Positions 27,988 through 36,262 are shown, numbered from the stretch's first letter. The stretch is DNA of 64,000 nucleotides from Desulfosudis oleivorans (GCA_020723305.1 DYJC01000023.1:2451-66450); one strand, 5' to 3'. Program-made: numbers and translations. The notes: generated from the letters alone by a model not told the origin.

Positions 27988-30285
27988 ATGAACAACTTTG
28001 AAAAAGCATTTTCCAATTTAAATATAAGTATGGGGGAACGGGATCAGAGGGCTGCTATCCCCTTCAAAGACTTTTTAAAGCTCCTGTCGGAAAAACCCGG
28101 ATTGATCATGCGAAACATTTTCCGGACGTTTCACGATATGATCATATCCTATGTGGACACAGGGGAAGATGAGTATCCCGATGATCCGGAATCGATTCAT
28201 TATGTCGGATATGACTGTTCCAGACTCTTTATTGAGAATGTCGATAATCCGTTTTTTGCAGACCGGCTCTTTTCAAACCGTCTCATCAATCTTGCAGAAG
28301 CTCTTCGCCATGGCGCCCAGCAGAATAAAATTTACATTTTTGAAGGGCCGCCCGGATGCGGCAAAAGTACTTTTTTAAACAATATCCTCCGAAAATTTGA
28401 AGAATATTCCCATTCTGAAGAAGGACTCCGCTACGAGACCATCTGGAGGATCAACCGGAAACTTTTTGGTACTTCCATTGATGCTGAAATCGCACCTTCA
28501 GCAGAGAAGCTGATCCAGCTTCTGTTGAAGACAGCAGGCGGAAACCCGGGAAAAAATTACAAACCGTCTCATGCCCCCGGCAGCACAGACGAATTCATTG
28601 AAATCCCATGCCCAAGCCATGACAACCCCATTATGATCATCCCCAAGCATTTTCGCAGAGCCTTTTTCGATGACCTGTTTAAAAATGACGAGTTCAAGTT
28701 CATACTTTCTTCTGAAAAGGATTATGCGTGGGTTTTCCGCGATACATCCTGTACCGTTTGCAGCTCTTTATATAGTGCCCTTCTGGAGAATCTGAAAGAA
28801 CCGGAAAAAGTATTTGAGATGATTTATGCCCAGCCCTATAAGTTCAACCGGCGTCTGGGACAGGGGATTTCCGTTTTTAATCCAGGTGACAAACCCTTGA
28901 GCAGGCCGGTGCTCACAAATGAAATTTTGCAACAGAAAATCAACGCCATTCTGCGGGACAGCAATCAGGTGGAATATATCTACTCCCGGTATGCAAAGAC
29001 CAATAACGGTATTTATGCACTTATGGATATTAAATCCAACAATACGGAAAGACTGATTGAACTTCATAATGTCATCAGTGAAGGTGTTCACAAGGTTGAA
29101 GACGTCGAGGAAAACGTCAATACACTTTTTCTTGCGGTAATGAATCCGGAAGATAAAGCCAATCTGAAAGATTCACGATCGTTTCTGGACCGCATCGAAT
29201 ATATCAATATCCCCTATGTCATGGATCTGAACACAGAGGTCAAAATTTATCAAAGCACATTCGGGAAACATATTGAAGGCAATTTCCTCCCGCAGGTGAT
29301 AGCCAATTTCGCAAGAATGATCATCTCCACAAGGCTTAACCCCGAATCCAAAGCCCTTCTTGAGTGGATCGGAACCCCTGAAAAATACCGTCTCTATTGT
29401 GATAAAAATCTTCTGCTTCTGAAAATGGAAATCTTTCGCGGGGTAATCCCGACATGGCTCACCGGAGAAGACCGGAAACGGTTTACCGCCAAACGGAGAC
29501 GAACCATCATTGAAGAGTCGAATAAAGAAGGTTCAAAAGGGATTTCCGGAAGAGATTCCATTAACCTGTTTAATGAATTTTATTCCATATATGCCAAAGA
29601 AGATAAACTCATCAATATGTCCATGCTCTGTAAATTTTTTGAACATTATCAACAGGAAAAGAACAACATAATCCCTGAAGGCTTTCTGGATTCATTGGTT
29701 TGCATGTATGATTACAACATCCTTCAGGAAGTCAAAGAAGCCCTTTACCTGTATAATGAAGAACAGATTTCAACCCATATCCAGAATTATATTTTTGCCA
29801 TTAACTTTGAATCCGGTTCCGTCGCACGATGTCATTATACAGGTGAGAAACTGGAAATCACCGAAGAGTATTTCCGTCGTATTGAAAATTTTCTGCTGGA
29901 GAAAAAAATTGATGACAAGTCACGAATCGCTTTTCGTAAAGATGCGCAGAAAGAATATACCTCAAAAACCCTGACCCAGGAAATCATGACGGAAGAAAAG
30001 CCGATTCAGGAAACAGAGCTTTACCAGAAATTAATGGAACGATATGTGTATAATCTGAAAGAGAAAGTATTGGATCCTTTCCTGGAAAATGAAAATTTCA
30101 GACGAGCGATCAAAGATTTTGACGAAGAAGATTTCAAAACATATGATAAAAAAATCCGGGAGGATGTTACATTTTTAATGAACAATCTATATTCCCGATA
30201 TAACTACTCCAAAAAAGGCGCCAAAGAAATCTGTATCTATGTCATCGACAAAGATCTCACGCGAAAATATGCATCCGCTTCCTGA
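27988..30285 (+). CDS. PrkA/YeaG-family AAA+ ATPase (paralog 2)
   Basis: Walker A GPPGCGKST, CPSHDNP, SFLDRI..INIPY and EGSKGISGR motifs. Confidence 0.8.
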   Translation: MNNFEKAFSNLNISMGERDQRAAIPFKDFLKLLSEKPGLIMRNIFRTFHDMIISYVDTGEDEYPDDPESIHYVGYDCSRLFIENVDNPFFADRLFSNRLINLAEALRHGAQQNKIYIFEGPPGCGKSTFLNNILRKFEEYSHSEEGLRYETIWRINRKLFGTSIDAEIAPSAEKLIQLLLKTAGGNPGKNYKPSHAPGSTDEFIEIPCPSHDNPIMIIPKHFRRAFFDDLFKNDEFKFILSSEKDYAWVFRDTSCTVCSSLYSALLENLKEPEKVFEMIYAQPYKFNRRLGQGISVFNPGDKPLSRPVLTNEILQQKINAILRDSNQVEYIYSRYAKTNNGIYALMDIKSNNTERLIELHNVISEGVHKVEDVEENVNTLFLAVMNPEDKANLKDSRSFLDRIEYINIPYVMDLNTEVKIYQSTFGKHIEGNFLPQVIANFARMIISTRLNPESKALLEWIGTPEKYRLYCDKNLLLLKMEIFRGVIPTWLTGEDRKRFTAKRRRTIIEESNKEGSKGISGRDSINLFNEFYSIYAKEDKLINMSMLCKFFEHYQQEKNNIIPEGFLDSLVCMYDYNILQEVKEALYLYNEEQISTHIQNYIFAINFESGSVARCHYTGEKLEITEEYFRRIENFLLEKKIDDKSRIAFRKDAQKEYTSKTLTQEIMTEEKPIQETELYQKLMERYVYNLKEKVLDPFLENENFRRAIKDFDEEDFKTYDKKIREDVTFLMNNLYSRYNYSKKGAKEICIYVIDKDLTRKYASAS

Positions 30286-30468
30286 CCGTTCCCTTGCCGT
30301 GACAAACACCCATCCTGCTCTTTTCCTTTGACACCCACCCCTGTGTGATAGTATAGGACACCCAATAAATATATCCCACTGCCGCCGGCTGAATTGATCA
30401 TCCGGCCGAAAACCATATGAGCCATTAAAAAATCTGAAATACCCATTTCAGCACATCAAGGAGGGAAA

Positions 30469-31287
30469 ATGATGTTCATATTCAGCAGGCTTTCTTCTAT
30501 ACGATGGATTGTTCTGTTTTTTCTTTTTTCAAGTTCCATGGTACAAGCCCAGGATGTTTTACGGGCAAGCGTCTCTTCTCAGATTGCAGAAGCCTATGGA
30601 AAAAGAATTCTGCCCATGTTTGAAAAAAAAACCGGGATCACGGTTCAGCTTTATGTCGGGCCTTCTGAAACCGCAATTCAGAGGATGGCAAACGACTTCA
30701 GCGATATTGCGATTACAGCCGTCAGTCTGCCTAATGAGTTAAAAGAAAGCGGCTTTGTTGAAATTCCATTTTGCCGGGACTCCCTTGCGGTGATCACCAA
30801 CACACAATGTACACTCACACAGCCCTGCAATATCGATAACCTGACCCTTTCTCAGCTCCGGGATATCTTCAGTGGCCGGATTTCCAATTGGAAAGATCTG
30901 GGCGGACCAGACCAACGTATCATTACAATTGTTCCCGGCCCGGAAACCGGAGAGTTTAAAAATTTCAAACAGCTTGTCATGAGACTGAAAGAGATAAAAT
31001 ATGATTTTATAACATACCAGTCGACCATGGTAATCGAAGGGGTAAAGAGTATCCCCGGTGCGATATCCATTATTGCTCAGGGAGCGATTCCCAGGGATCA
31101 AACCGTAAAAACAATAAAAATAGATGGATTGGCACCGACGGATAAAGAGTATCCGATTTACCTGATCTTTTCTTTTGCTACAAAAGGAACTCCCGGACCC
31201 CTTGCTCAGGCGACCATCAATTTCGCTCTCTCTGAAGATGGAATCCAGTTCATGAAGGAAAGAGGGATGTTCCCAATTATTGAATAA
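30469..31287 (+). CDS. PstS-like (PBP_like_2) periplasmic substrate-binding protein
   Basis: Signal peptide; D.LAVITN and LTLSQLRDIFSGRISNWKDLGGPD motifs. Confidence 0.8.
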   Translation: MMFIFSRLSSIRWIVLFFLFSSSMVQAQDVLRASVSSQIAEAYGKRILPMFEKKTGITVQLYVGPSETAIQRMANDFSDIAITAVSLPNELKESGFVEIPFCRDSLAVITNTQCTLTQPCNIDNLTLSQLRDIFSGRISNWKDLGGPDQRIITIVPGPETGEFKNFKQLVMRLKEIKYDFITYQSTMVIEGVKSIPGAISIIAQGAIPRDQTVKTIKIDGLAPTDKEYPIYLIFSFATKGTPGPLAQATINFALSEDGIQFMKERGMFPIIE

Positions 31288-31325
31288 TCTATTACAATTC
31301 AGTCTGTTTTGAAAAAGGATCAGAA

Positions 31326-32015
31326 ATGAAAAGAGCCTATATTTTTTCACTGTTTGTTTTTGTTATCGCTCTGCAATATCTCACAGGATGTGCAACAGCA
31401 CCCAATACGCAAACAACTGATACAAATACGCCCCGTTTAGAAAAGGTAAAAGAAAAACTGGATGCGGCCGCAGATCAATATTTCCCTCAGGTTCCGGAAA
31501 AAAGCCTGGGAAAAAGCATTCCTGGTGAACCGATCGGTTATGCATATGATTTCAGCAGGCCGTCTGATAAAAACGGTGACATGGTGTTGTTAAAAATTCC
31601 CATGTGCATGGAAAAAAGAGATCAATTCATCTCGTATACCGATCGGGCGAGTAATGCAGCTGGCGCGGCAGCAGTTCTGGCTACCCCCCTGATACTCTCT
31701 GCGCCTGTTCTGGTGGACCCGGTTTTTTTTATTGAAAGAGGTCTGAAAAAAAGCCGGAAAAAAACCGTTGAAAGAACAGGTACCTTATCAACAGGCAGGG
31801 CGCTCCTCTGCGGCAAAAAAGAGCCGGCTCCCGGGGAAACACTGATCATTCAATCCACCGGAGACATGCCGATTACTTACATCAAAACAGACAATCAGGG
31901 ACGATTTTCCATGGATGATATTTTTGCCAAAGCAGGAGACTCTCCATCCCTGAACATTTTCATCAAACAGGAAAATTCGGCGTACTACCTTACAACGATA
32001 TTCAATTCGGAGTGA
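31326..32015 (+). CDS. Hypothetical lipoprotein
   Basis: LTGC lipobox; AAGGA RBS. Confidence 0.7.
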   Translation: MKRAYIFSLFVFVIALQYLTGCATAPNTQTTDTNTPRLEKVKEKLDAAADQYFPQVPEKSLGKSIPGEPIGYAYDFSRPSDKNGDMVLLKIPMCMEKRDQFISYTDRASNAAGAAAVLATPLILSAPVLVDPVFFIERGLKKSRKKTVERTGTLSTGRALLCGKKEPAPGETLIIQSTGDMPITYIKTDNQGRFSMDDIFAKAGDSPSLNIFIKQENSAYYLTTIFNSE

Positions 32016-32088
32016 TGATCAGCACCTGTTCGGCATGGCCATTGAGTGACGATATCAGTAAAATTATCGCAATGAAAAGAGTCTTCAT
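32002..32088 (-). pseudogene. Truncated last cassette (signal peptide only)
   Basis: After a degenerate attC, AAAGG RBS and MKTLFIAIILLISSLNGHAEQV, which runs into the end of the convergent gene. Confidence 0.45.
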
Positions 32089-32105
32089 ATTACCTTTTCC
32101 CTGCT

Positions 32106-32162
32106 GCCCAATCGGCAGATCACCGGCGGCTTTAAGTCATCCACTGGATTTGCTGGTTGTGC
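32106..32162 (-). mobile_element. Degenerate attC site
   Basis: Minus strand GCACAAC ...cagcaaatccagtgg/ccgccggtgatctg... ATTGGGC. The R' GTT is mutated to ATT. Confidence 0.55.
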
Positions 32163-32187
32163 CGTTCCATCTTCACCGGCATTGTTG

Positions 32188-32835
32188 TTAGATCTGTATG
32201 CGTTTATGCGGGTACTTCACTATTCTGGATAAAGGTATCACATCTTCCTTCACGGTAAGCTCTGCCTCGATCATCTCCCAATAGGACGAAGACCCTGGCG
32301 CCGCATCTTCCACCCGTGAGTTAATCTGCAATAAAATACGATATGACCCGGCCTGCCTGGGCAAAAATTCGAGAAGGGCGAACACCCCTTCCTGGGATCC
32401 CCTGCCTCGATCGCTGAACAGGGTTTCCGTGTTGCCTCCTCTGCCCCCAATAAAAGCCAAGAAGCGGGACAAATTGCCTTCTTCTCGATAAAGCGCACGG
32501 CACGAAGAATCTGAGATGGTGAGGGAATAGGGAGTCCCTATCACCAAGGCGACCCGTTTAAGGAAGAACTTCCACCGCATGTTAATCTCATAGGCTGTTT
32601 CAGACTTGATTTTAAGTAATAAACGGCACCATTCCCCTCCGGTGGTGATCGTAATCAGGTGGTCAAATACCAACACCCCGTCTTTCTTTTGGGGGACAAA
32701 ACGCCCGATTTCTCTGCCTGATGACAGTTGCCGACGCTGAATTACAAATCGGTATCCTCCCGCTGACAGGAGAATGCCGATGAAACCGAACAACAGTATG
32801 ATTCCAATCGATGTGTTGATATTCCACCCCTGCAT
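32188..32835 (-). CDS. Integron cassette: hypothetical membrane-anchored protein
   Basis: One N-terminal TM helix; lies between two attC sites. Confidence 0.7.
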   Translation of the reverse strand: MQGWNINTSIGIILLFGFIGILLSAGGYRFVIQRRQLSSGREIGRFVPQKKDGVLVFDHLITITTGGEWCRLLLKIKSETAYEINMRWKFFLKRVALVIGTPYSLTISDSSCRALYREEGNLSRFLAFIGGRGGNTETLFSDRGRGSQEGVFALLEFLPRQAGSYRILLQINSRVEDAAPGSSSYWEMIEAELTVKEDVIPLSRIVKYPHKRIQI

Positions 32836-32893
32836 TCAGAGCTTTTATTTCGAATAGTTATTGTAACTCTTTCGATTTTGTATCGTCTGGTTC

Positions 32894-32957
32894 GCCCAAC
32901 GTATGCGTTACCGGGTGGCTGTTTTGTAGCCAGACCAAGTATACGCATTTGTTGTGT
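32894..32957 (-). mobile_element. attC site of the HicAB cassette
   Basis: Minus strand ACACAAC-aaatgcgtatac..tggctacaaaacagcca..gtaacgcatac-GTTGGGC. R'' is complementary to the cassette's 5' GTTGTGT. Confidence 0.85.
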
Positions 32958-33004
32958 TGTCTAAATCTGTTTTTATTAAAAAGACTTAATCGATATGTCA
33001 ATCT

Positions 33005-33361
33005 TTATCGATGGGCTTCTTTTTTACCCAATGATTCAGCAATAATAGATGTCACTAGAGCATTCATACTTACTCCTTCTTGCTTTGCTCTTGTAGCTAG
33101 CCGAACATGCAAACTTTTAGGTAGTCGCTGTACAAAACGACCACTAGCTTGACTGCTACCAGGTTCCGGAATAGCGTCATTGAATTCCTTTGCTGTTCCA
33201 ATCCACGAATTCATAGCATCAATACCGTTTTTTATTGTCTCTTCAATTGTATCGCCATCAGATATGCAACCGGGTAAATCGGGAAAGGATATTAAATAAC
33301 CTCCTCCTTCTTCCTCTGAAAGGTGTCGGACTTCAAATGGGTATTTGAGTTGGTCGTCCAT
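33005..33361 (-). CDS. hicB: HicB antitoxin (cassette)
   Basis: EEGGGYLISFPDLPGCISDGDTIEE plus RHH domain SGRFVQRLPKSLH..GVSMN. Confidence 0.92.
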   Translation of the reverse strand: MDDQLKYPFEVRHLSEEEGGGYLISFPDLPGCISDGDTIEETIKNGIDAMNSWIGTAKEFNDAIPEPGSSQASGRFVQRLPKSLHVRLATRAKQEGVSMNALVTSIIAESLGKKEAHR

Positions 33362-33365
33362 GGTT

Positions 33366-33602
33366 TTATTCCCCTTCTCCTTCATCGATAAAGCGAACAA
33401 ATTTATTAATATAGATTGGTTTAATAGGGCGGCGTGCCGGAACTGTGAGTTTTGTTCCGTTCGGATGTCGAAAAGTAACATGACTTGTCCCAGGTTGCCG
33501 CCATTCTATATCAAAACGTTTCGCAATATCTTTAAGCGTTTCAATTTGCCAATCATGGGGATTGTTTCGTAATTTGATCAATAATTTTTCAATTTTTGTC
33601 AT
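33366..33602 (-). CDS. hicA: HicA toxin (cassette)
   Basis: GTSHVTFRHP..LTVP..PIKPIYI; directly upstream of hicB. Confidence 0.88.
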   Translation of the reverse strand: MTKIEKLLIKLRNNPHDWQIETLKDIAKRFDIEWRQPGTSHVTFRHPNGTKLTVPARRPIKPIYINKFVRFIDEGEGE

Positions 33603-33607
33603 GGCAG

Positions 33608-33636
33608 ATGATACTGCATATGATATCAAATGTCAA
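33608..33636 (-). promoter_or_regulatory. hicAB promoter with TGATA..TATCA inverted repeat
   Basis: Minus strand TTGACA-N17-TATCAT. Confidence 0.7.
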
Positions 33637-33652
33637 GTTCGCAGTATGCCTC

Positions 33653-33786
33653 GGGTGCAATTAAAAGTGTTGGGTTTAAACCTGAATATGGATTCCGGCT
33701 TTCGCCGGAATGACGGACAGTGCTACTACCGTCATTCCGGACTTGATCCGGAATCCAGCATTTATCCAACAGTTTTGATTACACCC
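33653..33786. mobile_element. MITE family B inserted in the HicAB cassette
   Basis: TIRs GGGTGCAATTAAAAGTGTTGG / CCAACAGTTTTGATTACACCC. Perfect 9-bp TSD GTATGCCTC at 33644-52 and 33787-95. Inverted REP pair inside. Confidence 0.88.
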
Positions 33787-33812
33787 GTATGCCTCTTTTT
33801 ATCGGATTAGCC

Positions 33813-33872
33813 ACACAACAGATTGCTCACGGGGAATGGCTTTTTGTGCTTCCGTGGAGCAAATTGTTCTGT
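33813..33872 (-). mobile_element. attC site of the HigBA cassette
   Basis: Minus strand ACAGAAC-aatttgctccacgg..ccgtgagcaatct-GTTGTGT. R'' is complementary to the cassette's 5' GTTCTGT (34507-13). Confidence 0.85.
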
Positions 33873-33887
33873 TAATTCACAATATAA

Positions 33888-34178
33888 TTAAGCAGATACT
33901 TGGATGGGGTCGATCTCAGAAAGATCTACATTTTGTTTTGCTTGCCAAAGGTTATAACTATCCTGCATATGGAGCCAACTTTCAGGGCTCCGGCCTAAAC
34001 ACTTGGATAAACGGAGAGCCATTGCCGGGCTTATTGAACTTTGCCCCTTCAATATTCTTATAAATGTTGAAGGGGAGACTTTAAGCCGCAGTGCAATACT
34101 CCGAGGCGAAATACCCAACGGTTCCAAATAAACTTCTTGAATAAATTCCCCTGGATGGGGAGGGTTATACATAGCCAT
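33888..34178 (-). CDS. higA: HigA antitoxin (cassette)
   Basis: MYNPPHPGEFI and ISPAMALRLS..GRSPESWL motifs. Confidence 0.93.
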   Translation of the reverse strand: MAMYNPPHPGEFIQEVYLEPLGISPRSIALRLKVSPSTFIRILKGQSSISPAMALRLSKCLGRSPESWLHMQDSYNLWQAKQNVDLSEIDPIQVSA

Positions 34179-34456
34179 TAGTGATAATCCTCATAGTCTA
34201 CAACATAGGCGTTACCATCTTTAAATTCAAAAACGATTCGCCAATTACGGTTAACATCGATCGCCCACAAGCCTTGACGATCACCTTTTAAACTGTGGAG
34301 CCGCCAGCCTGGAGTATTCATATCTTCAATACATGTCGCTGTATCAAGTGCGATTAGGCGTATTCTCAGCTTCTGTTTATGGCCTGGCTGAATCCCGGAC
34401 ATACTACCCGTCTCAAAAAATTTCCGCAGCCCTTTATGTTTAAATGTTTTTATCAC
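34178..34456 (-). CDS. higB: HigB (RelE/ParE-family) toxin (cassette)
   Basis: GTG start; IKTFKHKGL, PGWRLHSLKGDR, NWRIVFEF and DYEDYH motifs. Upstream TATAAT and palindrome TATTGCGCAATA (34475-86). Confidence 0.92.
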   Translation of the reverse strand: MIKTFKHKGLRKFFETGSMSGIQPGHKQKLRIRLIALDTATCIEDMNTPGWRLHSLKGDRQGLWAIDVNRNWRIVFEFKDGNAYVVDYEDYH

Positions 34457-34528
34457 AGATGATATTATATAGCATATTGCGCAATACGCAACACTTTTTT
34501 TCAAGAACAGAACGCCGGGCATCAGTGG

Positions 34529-34601
34529 GCGCAACGGCCATGCTTACCGGCTTGTGTGAAGCGGAGCGTAACACAAGTCCGCGTAAAGCATGAGGTTATG
34601 T
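34529..34601 (-). mobile_element. attC site
   Basis: Minus strand ACATAAC-ctcatgctttacgcggacttgtgt..acacaagccggtaagcatggcc-GTTGCGC. R'' is complementary to the cassette's 5' GTTATGT. Confidence 0.88.
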
Positions 34602-34635
34602 GCAACTATTAAAATTTATTCAGCTTATAAACAAT

Positions 34636-35415
34636 CTAATTAATTTTCATTATAACATATGTAACTATTTGAATTGGGCTTGTTACGATATCCAAAGGAA
34701 CTGTCCATAAATAATTAAAATGTTTCAATATATATCTAACCCTATCTCTTTTCACCCACTTAATATCTTCTTCACATATTACATGAAAGCGCCTATCCTC
34801 ATCGATTATATTTGTTACAATATCAAGATTTCGTTTGGGGTAAAGAGCTTTCCTTCCTGCCTCTATTTGAAAACGTATGAACTTCGATTTCTCTCCTGAC
34901 TTTCCCAATATAGTATATTTATCAAATTTGATTGTTACTTTTTCTTCATTTAATGTATCTGACAATTCAGTAATTTCTGACAAAATTATAGGTTCTTTTT
35001 CAGATGGAAGAATTTCTTCCTCCAATTTTCTATAATGCATCGTTCTTTGCATTTTGTCTTTTTTAATGATTTTTTTTATTTCATGAAGATCTTCATTTAT
35101 TACCGGAGGATCTTTATAGTAGATTGTCTCAGTGTTATTTAGTGGATTTACCTTTTTGGGGATAAGTATGCTAACAAATCTCTTTCCTTGTTCTTCAAAT
35201 AGGATGCCTCCTACTTTTACCTCTATGTACTCTTCATGGTTTTTAGAGAATGTATTAATAATCCATCCATTAATTTCTCGCGGTGTACTATCTATTTCCC
35301 GAACAGATTGATAATTATTTTTCAAATCTGAGGTCAATATAAGACTAGCACATCCAAAAAAGAAGTTTGCAGATGAGAAGATAAAAAATAGTATAAGTTG
35401 GTTTCTTTTAATCAT
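34636..35415 (-). CDS. Integron cassette: hypothetical lipoprotein
   Basis: FFGC lipobox; very AT-rich; bounded by attC sites. Confidence 0.75.
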   Translation of the reverse strand: MIKRNQLILFFIFSSANFFFGCASLILTSDLKNNYQSVREIDSTPREINGWIINTFSKNHEEYIEVKVGGILFEEQGKRFVSILIPKKVNPLNNTETIYYKDPPVINEDLHEIKKIIKKDKMQRTMHYRKLEEEILPSEKEPIILSEITELSDTLNEEKVTIKFDKYTILGKSGEKSKFIRFQIEAGRKALYPKRNLDIVTNIIDEDRRFHVICEEDIKWVKRDRVRYILKHFNYLWTVPLDIVTSPIQIVTYVIMKIN

Positions 35416-35430
35416 TTATTTTTTACATGC

Positions 35431-35493
35431 ACATAACGGTGCGCCTTACCGGTGCGCGGCTTTTGCGCTTCCGCGTATAGGCGCTGGTTATGA
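35431..35493 (-). mobile_element. attC site
   Basis: Minus strand TCATAAC-cagcgcctatacgcgg..ccggtaaggcgcacc-GTTATGT, starting 2 bp after the stop codon. Confidence 0.88.
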
Positions 35494-35495
35494 AA

Positions 35496-35855
35496 TTATT
35501 CATTTAGTGGATTTGGTAGCCACTTTTGAGTTTTTCTGTCATAAACCTCGCCAGTGTATCCATTCACCTTAATCCCATTTTTCATCGCACCATATGCAGT
35601 AGATCCAAAAAAGCTATCTACTACATAATAATACTGATCATCTTTATAATATCCATCTACTGTTTTTTTTATAACTTTTAGGTGTTTCATTCTATAGATC
35701 ATTACAATCTGACTACATTCATCTGGTGTAATTTTGAAACCATATAGGCAGACTTGATTTGAATCGCCTATATATTTGAGCTTATAGCTGGAACATGCAA
35801 AGAATATCAAAACTACAAACATTAAAAAAAATATTTTAAGCATTGTTTTGATCAT
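35496..35855 (-). CDS. First integron cassette: small hypothetical lipoprotein
   Basis: FFAC lipobox; AT-rich; between the attI-like site and an attC. Confidence 0.75.
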   Translation of the reverse strand: MIKTMLKIFFLMFVVLIFFACSSYKLKYIGDSNQVCLYGFKITPDECSQIVMIYRMKHLKVIKKTVDGYYKDDQYYYVVDSFFGSTAYGAMKNGIKVNGYTGEVYDRKTQKWLPNPLNE

Positions 35856-35873
35856 ATTCGATCTCGTTTCATT

Positions 35874-35990
35874 TATTAACAGGTCAAAATTTGACCTGAT
35901 ATTGACTGCTTTTCGGGCACTTTTGCCCTGATAATAGCCAAATCAGGGGGTTTTCGGGCACTTTTGCCCTGATAATTGTACCTGATATTT
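35874..35990 (-). mobile_element. Putative attI site with accessory repeats
   Basis: Minus strand GTTAATA core at 35874-80; IR CAGGTCAAA-A-TTTGACCTG; 26-bp direct repeats at 35910-35 and 35951-76. Confidence 0.6.
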
Positions 35991-36024
35991 TCGCAATAAA
36001 TCGTCTAAAAATTGGGAGCTGTTT

Positions 36025-36053
36025 TTTATATAACAGAACCCAACCCCTGCCAA
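36025..36053 (-). promoter_or_regulatory. Pc-like cassette promoter
   Basis: Minus strand TTGGCA-N17-TATAAA pointing into the array. Confidence 0.55.
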
Positions 36054-36089
36054 ATAAAAGATTCACAACAGAATCATTTTATGGATAGT

Positions 36090-36183
36090 ATGTCAACATA
36101 AAATGACCGGAAACTCCTGGATGAAGTCTGCGAAATCATGCGGTTACATCGTTATTCCATATTCCATCTATACACGAAATTGG
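36090..36183 (+). pseudogene. intI: Integron integrase N-terminal remnant
   Basis: Translates MST*NDRKLLDEVCEIMRLHRYSI, resembling the IntI N-terminus KLLD.VR..IR..HYS..T. Has an in-frame stop and a 7-bp ATTCCAT duplication; the rest is missing. Divergent from the cassettes. Confidence 0.7.
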
Positions 36184-36262
36184 ACATCTTACTCATCTTT
36201 CCTCTTTAGCCCAGGATTTTTTGAGATTTCAGTTCGCAGTCTATATGTTGTTCCATAACAGG

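Noticed and set aside
33362-33481. N-terminal extensions of hicB, and likewise of higB, vapC, moeA and the RND adaptor, in the ORF track
   Set aside because: They overlap neighbouring genes, promoters or attC sites; family motifs and RBSs favour the downstream starts.
35910-35976. 26-bp direct repeats as a mini-CRISPR
   Set aside because: Only two copies with a 15-bp spacer and no cas genes; position fits attI accessory sites better.
36019-36036. CTGT...ACAG near the intI promoter as a LexA (SOS) box
   Set aside because: The spacer is 10 bp rather than the 8 bp of the gammaproteobacterial box, and deltaproteobacterial LexA motifs differ.
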